Of a stretch of 64,000 nucleotides of DNA, positions 35,842 to 48,255 are shown piece after piece (the first letter of the stretch is position 1; every line of letters begins with the position of its first letter). Source of the DNA: Selaginella moellendorffii (lineage: Eukaryota > Plantae > Lycopodiophyta); the NCBI RefSeq assembly GCF_000143415.4, contig NW_003314318.1, positions 1,103,690-1,167,689 on the forward strand, in the 5' to 3' direction. The position numbers and the translations under genes are program-made. The notes beneath the pieces were generated by a model. That model made no database searches. It saw nothing but the letters and a program-made list of their open reading frames with translations, and was not told the DNA's origin.

Positions 35842-38679
35842 TAAATGTCAGTCTTGGAAATGGGGCTTCATAATCATAGCTTTCTTGTAAACATAAGAGC
35901 TTCTAGAATTTTAGATTATCGTGTATACACATGCTCTATCATTATGATGAATCCTACTTTGCTACACATATATTCTTTTCTACACATGCCAAATGTCTAC
36001 GGAAATAAATTGCAAGGAAATATAGACCACATTATAGTGGTAGAGCACGTTGGCACGCTACCATTCTCTCATGTGAGATTGCCTTTTAGTCTTGGAAATG
36101 TAGATAAAGTTGATTCTTTGATGTGATATTACTTTTGAGTCTTTCGAAAGATTTTGATTTCTTTTATCATTATTTACAAACAATTCCCAAAAACTTTTAA
36201 TGAGGATTCACTGCAAAATATACCTTGGTCTTATCATATGAGAGGATTGCGATATAGGCAAGCAATAGAGTTTTTAATATGAATTAATATGTAAATTACA
36301 AATGTCATAGAAAGTTTTATGGAGTAGATTTCTTGGTGCTTTCCGCTGTGCTGTTCATTTCTTCATTTCTCTTGCTCTGGACTGTTGTTTCATAAGTAAC
36401 AGGAGCATTTTTATCAATCGTGATAGTGGTCTCCACATTCTCAGATGGGTAATAAAGACCAAGAGTGTAATATGGAGATTGTGGTAGTGAAACAAAATTA
36501 ACATTCTCACATTCCTTTGCACTACAACTCTTACTCACAGATCTTGTATTTCCCTTGCTTCCCATCTTCTCAAGAACCCTAAAAACTCTTTTGAATGAAG
36601 GAATAGTATCTACAGCTGTAAAAGTATTCAAAATATTAAGTAGTCAAATCAAATATGACAGCTGTAACAGTTGTCATAATAAAATAATATAGTTTATAAA
36701 AGATAGGTTCTCATGAACTTTGTCTTTTTTAAACAATTCAATCTTATAGAAACTTTTAACTTAGATATTTACGTATTTTAATATTTTAAAGTTTGCTAGA
36801 ACCTTCATTTGTTCAATTTAGATCTCCTTTGTAATATTTCTTATTGACTATGTTGACTTGAGTTGACTTGTGTTGAATTGAGCTCAACTCATGAGCTCAA
36901 CTCAACTTTGGACCATCCCCACCATCAAGATACCTTAAGAGCCTTCTAGGACCGTAACAACCCACCACCACTAGCCCTAAAAGCTAGTCAATTCATAAGC
37001 CCTAGAATGCCATATAACCTTAGGAACCCTAGCTGCTAGGAACCCTAACCCTAGCTGCTGCCCAAGAACCCTAATTCCAAAGCATCATCTAGGGTCATCT
37101 AGATCTCCTAGATCCCAAATCTAAATGAAGCACCACTACTAGGAGTGCTTCTTGCCATTCTTTAGATGCCAGTCGTGAAGTCAAATTGAGAAAAAGAGTG
37201 AAAACTAAGTTGTGGGAGAGAAAAGAGGAAAGAACAAGCTTGTCCTTTGCCATAGCCACTCCGGCAAAGCGAGTGGAGGACTAGTGATGCTGGTGACATC
37301 CCTTATCCTTGCTTTAATCACTCCCATAGCTTGGTTTCTCCCTATAATGGAAAGCCCCAAATCATAAAGTTTGCAAACCCTAGCTGCCGCCACAAATAGG
37401 GTGAGCTAGATCTCCAATCTGTGGCAAATCTTGTGCTGTTGTAGGAGGACATGATGCTCCACTACAAACTCCCCATTAAAGGAATTGAGGAAACTCCCAG
37501 CCGTTTGGGAGAAATTGCAATCCAAGTGTGGAGATGCTTCTTTTTAGAGAAGAGAGGAAAAGGAGGAAGGAGGAGATCAAGAAGTGAACTCCAAAGCAGA
37601 TGTTGGAGAAGAGATGTATAAATCCCCTATGCATGTAACATCAAATCAGTTCCATTTGCCATTGGCCCCAATTGTGGTAACAATCCCTACCACTAGATCC
37701 AAAAATCCTCCCTTCCCGATCATCTTCCAAATGAGACACCATGCATGGTCTTCCAAAAAAACTCTAAAAAGCTGGAAACCTTTTCAAGTCCTAGCCACTC
37801 TAAGTCACCCCTAAGGTAACATCTAGCTCCACCAATCCTTGACTATTATTGTCTCCATCGCGTGTTAAGGCAAGCAAGATCGCATAGATTTTAGCAAAGA
37901 ACTCCATTTCTAGAGCTTTTGCAACTATCTGTCCACCGTCAAGATACCTTTCGAGCCTCCTAGGACCGCAACGACCCACCACTACCAACTCTAGAAGCCC
38001 TAGCTGCCAAGGAACCTAGCCCTAGAACAGGGCGAACCCTAACCCTAGCTGTTAAGAGCCATCAAAACCTCAAGCACTTTGTTCAATAAACGTATATGTA
38101 CATTACCTCAGTCCCAAAGGGATCAAAACAACATTAAGAGCACACTCTCAGAGAAGCTAGAGAAACTACGAGCATGAACGCACGATGATGCTTTTGGGCC
38201 ATCCACCTCCCAAGTGACTCCACCACGAAACTTGAAGCCACTTGCTATGCTCTATGACTTGCAAGACTTGCCACAGAGCACTCAACCACCAACATGCTTC
38301 TGATGCCAAAACAGTGTCCAATCGCAATAAAACTCCAACTCGTAACTTCATTCGAGGTATGAACATCCTTTGAGCACTTTATTCGGTAAATGTATATGTT
38401 CATTCCCCATGTCCCAATGGGACTAATAGAAGAACTAGGCATGCTGCCCTCTCAATGAGCTACTCTATGTGATCCTTTTGTGTCGCAATTGGACCTAGTG
38501 TTGAAGTAGAAGTGGACATGGTTGTCTCATTTGAATCATGTCAATGTCCAAATCTCCCCCTCGAGCTGAACATAAAACAAAGTCCAGGGGCCACCACTGC
38601 CAACGAATCTAGCCATCTACAATTTTGTTGAAGCATGGGAGCCACTTGGACCTCCATTCCTCTAGCTGCCTTGGTTTCA

Positions 38680-38829
38680 CCTGCTCGAGCACTTTGTTCA
38701 GGGTTCCACTCCCACTATCAATTTTCCAAGTCGGAGTTTTATGTCTAAACATATTAAACTTTCACTTCAACCACTACCATATGGCACCCTTTCAGCTCCA
38801 CTTTGGGGCTTAGGGATTTGTGTCTCATA
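38680..38829 (-). mobile_element. Terminal fragment of family A LTR
   Basis: Matches 12670-12825 (…ggggcttagggatttgtgtctca). Confidence 0.7.
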
Positions 38830-40610
38830 GATTGACACTTAACTTGCAAAATCTCCAACTCGTTTCCAAAGCTATCTCCATAATAATCAAAAATTTTATC
38901 ATAATCCAAAATTCATTTGAGCTCATAAACTCAATCTTTGAACATTCTCCAATAACCAAACTATATCATCTATATCTATTTAATCAATGTTATAATCACA
39001 CTCAATATCAATGGGAGATGGTAAAATACCAAGAATAATCACATTCTATAAAAGCTGGAGATTACAATACTCCAAAGACAAATGTAACACTAATATGATC
39101 ACACCCTATAACACTAAGCTCCATCAATAGAGCAATATTAATAGCCTCAAGTGTTGGTATGGTATAGCGGAAAAAAGGAATGTAATAAAGATCAAAAGAA
39201 AAAAATACATCTTAGCACAGTGATAGGTAGAATTTTAAATTTGGCAAAAAGCTAATACAAATATAAATCCAGAAAAAAGAAAGGAATGAAACAAAAATAT
39301 AATCCTAAACACTAGAGTAAAGCACTTCTAAAATGCTTTACCCTCTAAGGACAAATTACAATACCTATTATCTCCACTAATACAAGTGTTCAATATATGG
39401 AAATAGGTACATTAATTGAGGTTTAGACCCTGTTTATATATAATAATGGATGGACCAAAATTCAATCTCAAATGAACGGTTCATATGTTATAGTACTATA
39501 ATTAGCATATTAAGGAAGGGTTATATATATATTTTGTGCGTATGTATGTATATATATATTTATAGACCTTACAAAAAGTGTTATAGAATTTTAGTTATTA
39601 GATAAAATATTAACTATCTACAATTTTCTAATTAAGTTTTCTCAATTTGGTGTAATATATGATGGATTCTTTTAATGCACTTTAGTATACATAATAGCTT
39701 TCTTGAATTCTTGCATCATAGGTCTTATTCCAAAACCATTAAGATTTATGTAAATCCAAATCTAAAATTTAGAAATTATTTAGTTACAAAAATATTTCAA
39801 TAAAAGTGTTGTCATATTCAGAACTGAAACAATTCATATATGTAAATAAAGAAGGATATGTAATAAATATTGTTTAACTTTAAATATATCAACATCTTAA
39901 TTGTAACATTTCATTATGGATAAATTTTTTATAAATTACCAGATCACCTATTGTTTTACTAGCAGTAAGTTTTTTTATGTGGTTTTCCAAATTTTAACTA
40001 TATTAAACTATAATGTGAGAACTTCCAATATGAAAAATTACAGAGGAAAATTTTTTTACCATGTTTCACTGTATAAATGTTTATGTAATAATTTTCTTAA
40101 AATATTTAATAACCACTTGCTAATCTATATGAGTTATTAAAACTTATGTAAAATAATTATATTATGGATGTGCTAGAGTAATATTTCTTAAATATATTAA
40201 ATAATTTGCTACTTGTTGCATGTAGCAACACTTGGTTTGCTCAATAGTAGTGTTATTATTACTTATTAATCCAATTGATCAAATAAAAGTTTATAATTAT
40301 AAACATGTTCATAATTTATAAACACAAGATTAATCTTATTGCATATCAACCATTAGATGGTAGAATAAAAAAGAATATACAAGAAAGTGTTTAAGAAAGT
40401 TTATAAATTAAAAACATGTTTATAAATTATAAATACAAGATTAATCTAAATGAATAACCATCATTAAATGGTAAAATATTTTAGAATATTTAAACATATT
40501 CTAAATATATTCACTACCATTTGACCAAAAAACCATAGAAAAATCTGACAGGAAAACCCATAAATTTGAGCCAAAATGAATAGGGTTAGGGTTCTTAATT
40601 TACTAGAAAG

Positions 40611-41654
40611 ATGCTTGCCCCGAGAGCTAGCACGATGCGAAGGATCTTGTGTGAACTCGTGGTAGCGGCATGGTGCACGGCAATCTCTGTGCCCGGGCAC
40701 TCCAGGGCTGCTTGCATTTCTCTTTTCGGTGAAATCTTGGGAGCATTTGTTCAGAGTGTCATGGATTCGAATGTGCGCAGAGGAATCACAGATTACTACT
40801 TCGTCTTGTGCTTGATAGATGTTCTAGGGCGGTCCAAGCACCTCCACAAGTCGAAGGAGCTTGTCGCCACGATGCTGCCAGGGCTGGCAAGGTCCTTTTG
40901 TAGTCGCAAGCCAATCGAGAGAGGGACTATAGGCATTGCCATGAAGTGCGAGGATCCTTCTGGTTTTGTCGTGTTTTTCGATAGCTTGACGACGACAGAG
41001 TGTGAAGATGAGGAAGTATGGAGAGAATCACGGGGTTTCAAGATAGTGGAGATCTGTGAAAATCCAAGGCTCATGCTGGGCGCGGCAGGGAACGTTAAGG
41101 AGCGCGACATCATGGCGAAGCTTTTGAAGATCAAGGCAAAAGAAGAAGAATTTGGGCTGGAGGAAGCAGCAGAATTTTTGAAGTGCCAAGCGGATGTTGC
41201 CCAAAGCGTCATCACAGGATACCTGGCATCTTTCTTCATATACAACGACTCGGAGCTTTTCATGGTGCGTGATCTTGGCGCTGGATTTCAAGTTTACAAA
41301 TTGAGCAGTGAGAATCCCATCCTTGCTATAGGGAGTGGGAGTGTACCAGCCAGGAGGATTCTGGAGAACCCGGTGGAGGGGCAGAGAGGTACAACATTAG
41401 AGGAGGTCATCGATCTAGGACTGGATGGCATTGCGGAGGCCTGCAGCAGAGACAGATTTTGTGGTGGAGAGATGCTTCTGGTTGATGCGAGCAAGAGTGT
41501 ACTCACCAAGAAGAGAAGATTCCTCAAGGCTATGCGACGATTGATGAAGGTTAACTTCTCCCACCAGTATAAGCGGAGAAACGAGGAGCGACTGAAAGTC
41601 GATCTAGAATTGGTGTTCGTGCGCGAGTGGTCAGTTCAGGCTCGTCAAGAATAG
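40611..41654 (+). CDS. Divergent intronless proteasome beta-subunit-like (Ntn-hydrolase, beta5-like) protein
   Basis: RG|TIGIA, VVFFDS, KIVEI, LGAAG, AIGSGS and RDRFCGG align with proteasome beta Thr1/Asp17/Lys33/Ser129/Asp166 motifs. Confidence 0.75.
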   Translation: MLAPRASTMRRILCELVVAAWCTAISVPGHSRAACISLFGEILGAFVQSVMDSNVRRGITDYYFVLCLIDVLGRSKHLHKSKELVATMLPGLARSFCSRKPIERGTIGIAMKCEDPSGFVVFFDSLTTTECEDEEVWRESRGFKIVEICENPRLMLGAAGNVKERDIMAKLLKIKAKEEEFGLEEAAEFLKCQADVAQSVITGYLASFFIYNDSELFMVRDLGAGFQVYKLSSENPILAIGSGSVPARRILENPVEGQRGTTLEEVIDLGLDGIAEACSRDRFCGGEMLLVDASKSVLTKKRRFLKAMRRLMKVNFSHQYKRRNEERLKVDLELVFVREWSVQARQE

Positions 41655-44600
41655 AGACACAGGCTTGTTGAAATACAACAGATGTTAATTCTGGCTTTCT
41701 TTCTACATCCTCAATGACAAACTACTTGCACTGAACAACTGAACCTGTGCCAGCTCCTAACGATCTAGTTCGAGAGTGATACTGTGCACGAAAGCCTGGA
41801 CGACACCCAAGGACTCGTATATCTGAACTCCTTCATCGCGTATTCCGGGGGAAGCAAGCAGCGGCCTGACTCTTACAGGTCCCAAGGTCCACTCCATGGC
41901 AGGATTTTCCATCCTCTCTCCTACAAACCAAACATCCCAGCAATACATGCCTCCTCTAAAACTGGAATTGCACTGCTTGAGCTAACTCAGGACGAAGACG
42001 ATGACGCTGCTGCGTTGAGATTAGCGCGCGAAAAGAAAGCAGTCGACGGGATTTCAAAGTGCCAGCATTTATGTAGGCTATTTATTTTTCGTGTTTTCGC
42101 TTTTAGCCGTGCTAATTGTGTTGGTAACCAAGCTATGGACAATCAGACCATTGTACGAGAGCAGTTGTCCTTCACTCATTTGACCCCATTTACGTCGCTT
42201 GATAACAAGTAAGCCGATCCGCTTCACCATAGTATGTTTACCTTATCGTCACCATAGTATGTTTACCTTATCGAGAGCTGGTCTCTCGCGCTACCACCTC
42301 CGAAAACCTGTACCCCCGACACTCGGCCAGAATTGCTGGCTGTCTAAGCTCGATATGTCCGTCTGGGCCGTGAACAGGGTCTGGAATTACGAGGAGAAGG
42401 AGAACTGTGCTCGAGCTCATTCACGAAATGAAGTTTTGAAACGCGCTTGCATTTTGTTTTATGCTGCTGAGAATCTGTTTAGGCGATGGGTTTATAATAT
42501 GCAGAAGCTGACCACTTGCGGCCACATATCCTGCAATGCAACGCAACTACAAGCTGCTATTGTCCTTGGCACGGTCTCTTGAGCTTCAAAGTGCCAAGCC
42601 GCTCACTGCAAGTCTGGGTCAAACCAAGCGGCGAGGATGCCTCCGACGAGGGAGCGCTGAGGACGAGTTACTACCATCTTGCTTCTCACCGTGCCGAAAC
42701 ATCCTGTTGAGCTTTCTGGTTCGGGCTAAGTGACGGAACTACCAGTAGCAATTGAGACGGAAAAATCAGGCTGCCTGTAGGACTCTTGCTGGAAGAGAAG
42801 TCCGCCCGCAAGGTTCGAAGGCGGCTGACTTGAACATGTCACACAAGCTATAGGTATTACAGGAAAATGCCAACTGTCGAGGTATTATGCAGTGTTTGCT
42901 CTTAAGAGCACAGCCTTGCGTTGCAAATGTATTAACTTGATCGAGAGAAAGAACGCTTAACACCTTGCATGAAAGCCAGGAGGACGATACCATCCAAGGA
43001 CTCGTTCATCTGCTGGAAGAGCTCGATTAAGTGAGCTAGTCTATTTCACCGTCATCTGGCGTGATTCATGTCCTCCAAAGCTTTTATTTTCGAGCGAAAA
43101 TACAAAGGCAATAACCTGCAACAAAGTTCAGAACGTGAGCAGTCGCCACCTCTGTTGGTTATCACACCTCGAGTGCTATAGAGCCGATTACAAGATTTGT
43201 TCTCTGCAGAGCAGCAAAACTCTCGTTAGCCTAGTTGTGACGTAAATCCATGGTAACTAGATTGAAAGAATGTGAAAATTAATAAGACAAGCTGATACCG
43301 GCATGATTGTCAAAGCCAGAAACCGTCTTCCTTGCATCGAAGAATGACCTTAAGTTTGCATTCTCCGCTTGCGACAATTAGCAAGACTTGCCTTGGGCTC
43401 GCTCCTTCCATTGCCCCAGGTTTTAGGCAGGGAGAGCCATGGATCCTGGGTTACAAGAAGCTGCAGATGCACAACAGCGGATGCGAGGAGGGAGGTGGAG
43501 ATTTACAGGCAAGAGATGATACGGACCAGGGGCGAGAAAGAAAGTTCGACATGCACTACTGGAGGAAAACGCCACGTTCTCTTCGATGGCTGCAGCCGAC
43601 GACTATGACACCATTCCAGCGCCAGTCATTCCCGTTTTTTTACCGTTCTCAATTGTTGTGCGGACTGGCCCTCTTCAACGTGTATGTCGTCTAAGGATCT
43701 TGTTCATCCATGGGACATGGATCGTGTTCTAAATTGGTGCAATGGTTTGGTTCCGAATTGTAACTTAGGGTTAGGGCTAGTGAGCATGGACGCGGAGGTT
43801 GTGCGTGGGATGCTGAGGCGCATAGGCCAGGAATACGTGGTGGATTTCACATTTGGGGAGAGTATGGTCCATGATCCGGTCACAGAGAGGGATTATTTCC
43901 CGCTGATCATGAGTCCTAAGGATTTTGGCGATGGATTTACCATGACTGGGGGGAGATTTTACCCCGCAGATGAAGAGGGCGTGCGTTGCACTGCAGTAGT
44001 ACTAGATGATGCTGAGGATGCTGAGAGGAACCAGTATATGTTTTCCAATGTGCAGAAGGTAGTGTCATTGGTCCTATTNNNNNNNNNNNNNNNNNNNNNN
44101 NNNNNNNNNNNNNNNNNNNNNNNNNNNNNNNNNNNNNNNNNNNNNNNNNNNNNNNNNNNNNNNNNNNNNNNNNNNNNNCAGCTTTTGTGCCTCGCTGCCA
44201 CTCCTTGCTTTCTCCCGGATCCTCTCGCCATGCTCTCTACACCACTCTCGCCACTCAGGAACCACACTCGACAGCAACCCCACCAATTTTCTCCTCGCCT
44301 CTGAGTTGGCAGCTGCTCATCCCCTGTTCCTGCAAGAGCTCCTCCGCTGGACCCTCCAAAGCTTGCTCCTAGTAAGCCCATAGCATCACGTGAGCTTCCT
44401 TGTCTAGAAACTCCATTGCCAATAGGACCTTGTTAAGGGTGGGATATATTACAAAATTGTCAAATTATGTACATATGTATATGTTCTTTTAGCAAAATAT
44501 AAATCCCAATTCAGTATATACTTTATCACAACTAAAGCCTGAAATGCAAGATTGGGAGAGGCGAAGTAGATTACTCTTCTATTAGGCAAAACTGGCTTGT

Positions 44601-44804
44601 AACGTTTTTTTTCCAAATTTATTGATTTTATTACGCTTTCTGGCTTTTTCGATAAGAGGATTCAGAATTCCGAAATCAAGCGCGTCATACAATCTCTGAA
44701 CACCCTCAACATGAGCCACGGCTGTGCAGAGAGGCACTTTCCCCTTGGTTAAAGAGAGCTCAATATGCTACACGTTTAGATCAATTTCTAGATCTTACAT
44801 ACAA

Positions 44805-45815
44805 TTAGTTTGATCTACAAACTGGGATTTCTTTTAGATCTGCACAAACGAAATGCAACAGACCATCCGCATCACCATCGCTGCCAAAGAAACACGCTGC
44901 TTCAAGGTCGATCCACATAACTTTGCCACCTTCTCCAACGATGATGTTGGAGGACTCAACTCGACCGTGAGTCGCATTTGCCCTGTGTATTACGCTCAAG
45001 GCAGACTTTGCTGCGGTGGGATAACTATCCTTGTAGAGCTCCTCATAATTTTTGTCGATGCTCGTTCCTCCAATGTCTTGCATGATGGTAAGCCAGATCC
45101 TGCCATCGAGGAAACCAAACGCATCCTGCAGGCTTTTCAATCTTGCCATCACCCACACTTCACATACCATCTTTCACAGCTTGTCGGGAGCCTTGCACAC
45201 ATCCACTGATTTATAGACAGCCTTTTCGCCTTTGAATCTCCCCCGAAAGACCGAGACTTGTTCACCAGACTGAATCCGACACCAGCTCGAGAGCTTCAAA
45301 TCCGAGAGCTGTAGCGTTACAATGTCCTCGATATCTCTGAAGCTAAAGTTCATAGATCTGCAAAGTTCTGTCAGCTACGTGCGCAGATCCACAGCCTGTT
45401 CCTTGTGGATCCTGGAGCGAGCATTGACAGTGTTGGGTCCAGCTGAGCTGTACTTGATTCGTTTTCTGCGTGGAAAAGGCTGGTCCAAATTCTGCTGTGG
45501 GAGAGGCAGACTTGACTCCTGAAACATGAGGTGCATCAAGAAGAGAGCTTCGAAAAAAGTGGGAGATCCTGCGTCTTGTGGTGGTGAATTCATATCAAAG
45601 ACGACGTGATCAGACACCTGGAAAACGTCCTCCTCGCGGCTCATCCTGCAAAACAATACGCGCTTCATGCTTGTAACACAAGCATACCCCGATGGGGTGC
45701 TTCCATGTCCACGTTTGTAGTATAAATAACCAGCCACTCGAGAAAATATCTTGTGGGCATCACCCGAAACTGTCAGACCCTGCAGCATCACGTCTGGAAT
45801 TCGCTGCTTGCTCAC
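44805..45815 (-). pseudogene. Putative endonuclease-like + atypical protein kinase gene, copy A (stops)
   Basis: IPDVML..GYLYY..YACVTSMKRVLFCR; VSVFRGRF; EVWVMARLKSLQ; IHRANATHGRVESSNII..VMWIDLEAA. Confidence 0.6.
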
Positions 45816-45899
45816 TGAGGGACGGCAATCAGCGAGATGGGCCGAGAACTTGTGACGACAGGAGTGGGACTTGCTGCCGGATCACGTCCTCCATGTCAA

Positions 45900-46733
45900 T
45901 GGCCGCTGCAAAGCTATCATCCTGGCCAAGACACGTCTGGAGCTGAGTGACTTGGGTGGATTGGTATTGAAGCTTGCCTTGCAGCAGATGTTCTATGGCT
46001 TTGGCAGTGTGTATGGAATCCTGACCAACTTTGAGAGTTCTTGGTTCTGCAAGCTTGATGGCGATCGTCTCTTGGTCTCGGAGCCCATCAAGGCTAGCGA
46101 GTGTCGACCTGTCTCGCATCTAGTGGTACTCGACGATCCGAAGAGCATTGTTTCGTCACCCAGTCATGATCTAGCTGCCACCAAGCTTGTTTTTGACTCC
46201 ATTGTCAAGAGGGCGTGCGTGGCCGCGGATTTGACATATTGGGTCTTACGTCGAGTTCCACTCTTGCTTGGGGTTTTGGATCGTCGAGCGTGTACAGGGC
46301 GAGACTGGACGAGAAGGCTGTTGTTCTCAAGGTCTTGGACGTGACGCAGAGGCCACACCTGATGCTGGATTTCGTGTTGATGCGTATCACAGGCTCGTTG
46401 CGGTTGAAGGAGTGTGCGTTCCAAAGCTCCTCGAGTATGGTTTCTTGTCAGGGGAGCTCTTTTTCATGGCCTTTTTGGATGCAGGGGGATAACCTGGAGG
46501 TTCTTGCGAGCCAGAATGGAAGGGGGCTAGGCCCCGAGATCAAGCAGAGTGCTATGCAATCTCTCAAATCCATCCACTCCCTCGACATGAGCCACGGCGA
46601 ATCCGGCTTGCAAACATGTGTTACCAGTTGCAGGGAGGCAAAGCGCAAGTTCTTTGAATCGATCTCCACCAGTCTTTCCGCTCGTGGACAGAGGAACACG
46701 AAAGAGAGCTCAATACGCTCGTCACGCTTTTAG
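45900..46733 (+). pseudogene. Putative endonuclease-like + atypical kinase gene, copy B (frameshifts)
   Basis: LQQMF..YGILTNFESSWFCKL..LLVSEPI; GFGSSSVYRARLDEKAVVLKV; AYHRLVAVEGVCVPKLLEYG; LKSIHSLDMSHG. Confidence 0.6.
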
Positions 46734-46738
46734 ATCTA

Positions 46739-47879
46739 TTAGAACGTTAGTTTGATCCACAAACAGTGAGATACGAACGAAATGCAAAAGATCATCCGCA
46801 TTAAAAGAACCACGCTGCTTAGTAGAAATCTTTCAAAATCTGAAAAGCTTTTCCATGTGCCTTTGATCCCGCTTAGCAAACTGCAAGAACTCATCGCAAA
46901 CAAGCATGCCGCTCCAAGGTCTATCCACATGACTTTGCCACCTTCTGTGGAAACAATAATGTTGGCTCCTCCACTCGGCCACGAATCACATTTGCCTTGT
47001 GCATCGCACTCAAGAGAGTCTTTGCTACCGAGAGATAAGGCCTCAAGTTTTCACGGTCTTTGTCTTGCATTACGGTAACCCAGCCTAGTCCTGCATCCAT
47101 GAAACGAGCAGCATGGAGGCGTGGAATCCCATCACCTTGAAGGTCTTTGAGCTTTACCATCATCCACACTTCACGCACAGCGTTTTGTAGCTGGTCGGAA
47201 GAGTTGCAAACTTCGACAATAGCCTTCCTCCCTGATCCCAAATCCCCCCGAAACACTGAGACCTTCCCTCCGCTATGGCTGAGGTGCCTTATGTCACGCA
47301 AAAAGTCCAGCTCCGGAAGTTGGGGCAGGACAAAGTCCTCGATGTCTTCGAACTTGAAATTCAATGGCAGAGCTTTATCATCTGCATCCGCAGCTCTACA
47401 AAATGTTTTTTATTCCTTGTACTCGGATCCCATGGTTCTTCTTCATGCTGGGAGGACGCTCGAACAAGAGGTGCATCAAGAAGAAGAGAGCGTCGAGAAA
47501 TGTTGGGTGTCCACCACGTGTAAAGAACGCATCAGAAATCAGAGGAACGTCGTCATGGGTCAGCTTGCAAAAGAATGATCGCTCGAGGCTGGTGACACAT
47601 AGTTCTTCCATGATAGATATAACCAGCTGCCCGATCGAACACTTTGCGCACAACATTGCTGACACCATCAATCCCCACCTGGAGCACCCGATCGGACTCT
47701 ACGAAAAGATACCCTTTTCCGGCATTTGCCTGCCTTCGTTGATTATCAGTGCCATCCACATCTTCATACATAACGACTGCACCTTGGCAATGGCTAAGAT
47801 GAACTAGAAAACCAACTTGGAATATCTTTCGATGCTCATCAGAGAGGTGTTGTACCGAATTCACAAGAGATGCATACAA
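46739..47879 (-). pseudogene. Putative endonuclease-like + atypical kinase gene, copy C (paralog of copy A)
   Basis: CVTSLERSFFCK..PTFLDALFFLMHL; VSVFRGDL; EVWMMVKLKDLQGDGIPRL; MWIDLGAA. Confidence 0.6.
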
Positions 47880-48255
47880 TCTTGCAGATGCCTCTTCGCG
47901 GCTTGTGGCTCCAGCAACTACATGCAGCTGAAGACTGGGATGTTATTGGGCCAGTAGAGCATGGAAAGAAAGAGTTGGAGCTCCGACGCGAATGAATCCC
48001 ATACCTTGTAGCCAAGTGTTCTCCATAGCAAAATAGAATGCAAAAGAATAACATTCACATGCTGCCCGGAGCCGACAAGGCATGGCGATGGTTTAAGAGC
48101 TGAGCTACTGATCGTATCTTTTGGTTAGCTTGGAACTACAGCAGCGTGTATCCAACAAAATTTTTGATGCTGAAATCAATTCCCGAGACCTAAATGGCGT
48201 GGCTGTCTCCCACGAGCTCCCCCAAAGTGGCAGCGCCGTTGCATGTTTGCTCATC

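Larger units (their letters stand above)
23095..36920. mobile_element. Mutator-like (MULE) DNA transposon, ~13.8 kb, with imperfect TIRs
   Basis: Left end GGGCGCGGACCATACTTGAGCTC...GAGTTGAGCTCACGAGTTGAGCTCAATT; reverse complement of right end GGGGATGGTCCAAAGTTGAGTTGAGCTCATGAGTTGAGCTCAATT; internal MULE transposase. No convincing 9-bp TSD. Confidence 0.8.

Noticed and set aside
36317-36631. Fifth ORF inside the transposon
   Set aside because: No ATG at the annotated start and no recognisable motif; possible exon but unsupported.
23101-36916. GGACCAT direct repeat as a 7-bp TSD of the transposon
   Set aside because: Both copies fall within the alignable inverted termini that start GGG, so they are more likely TIR sequence. 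The flanks outside do not match, so no TSD is claimed.
41700-44080. Gene-like fragments between the proteasome-like gene and the gap
   Set aside because: Short broken frames with no motif I can assign.
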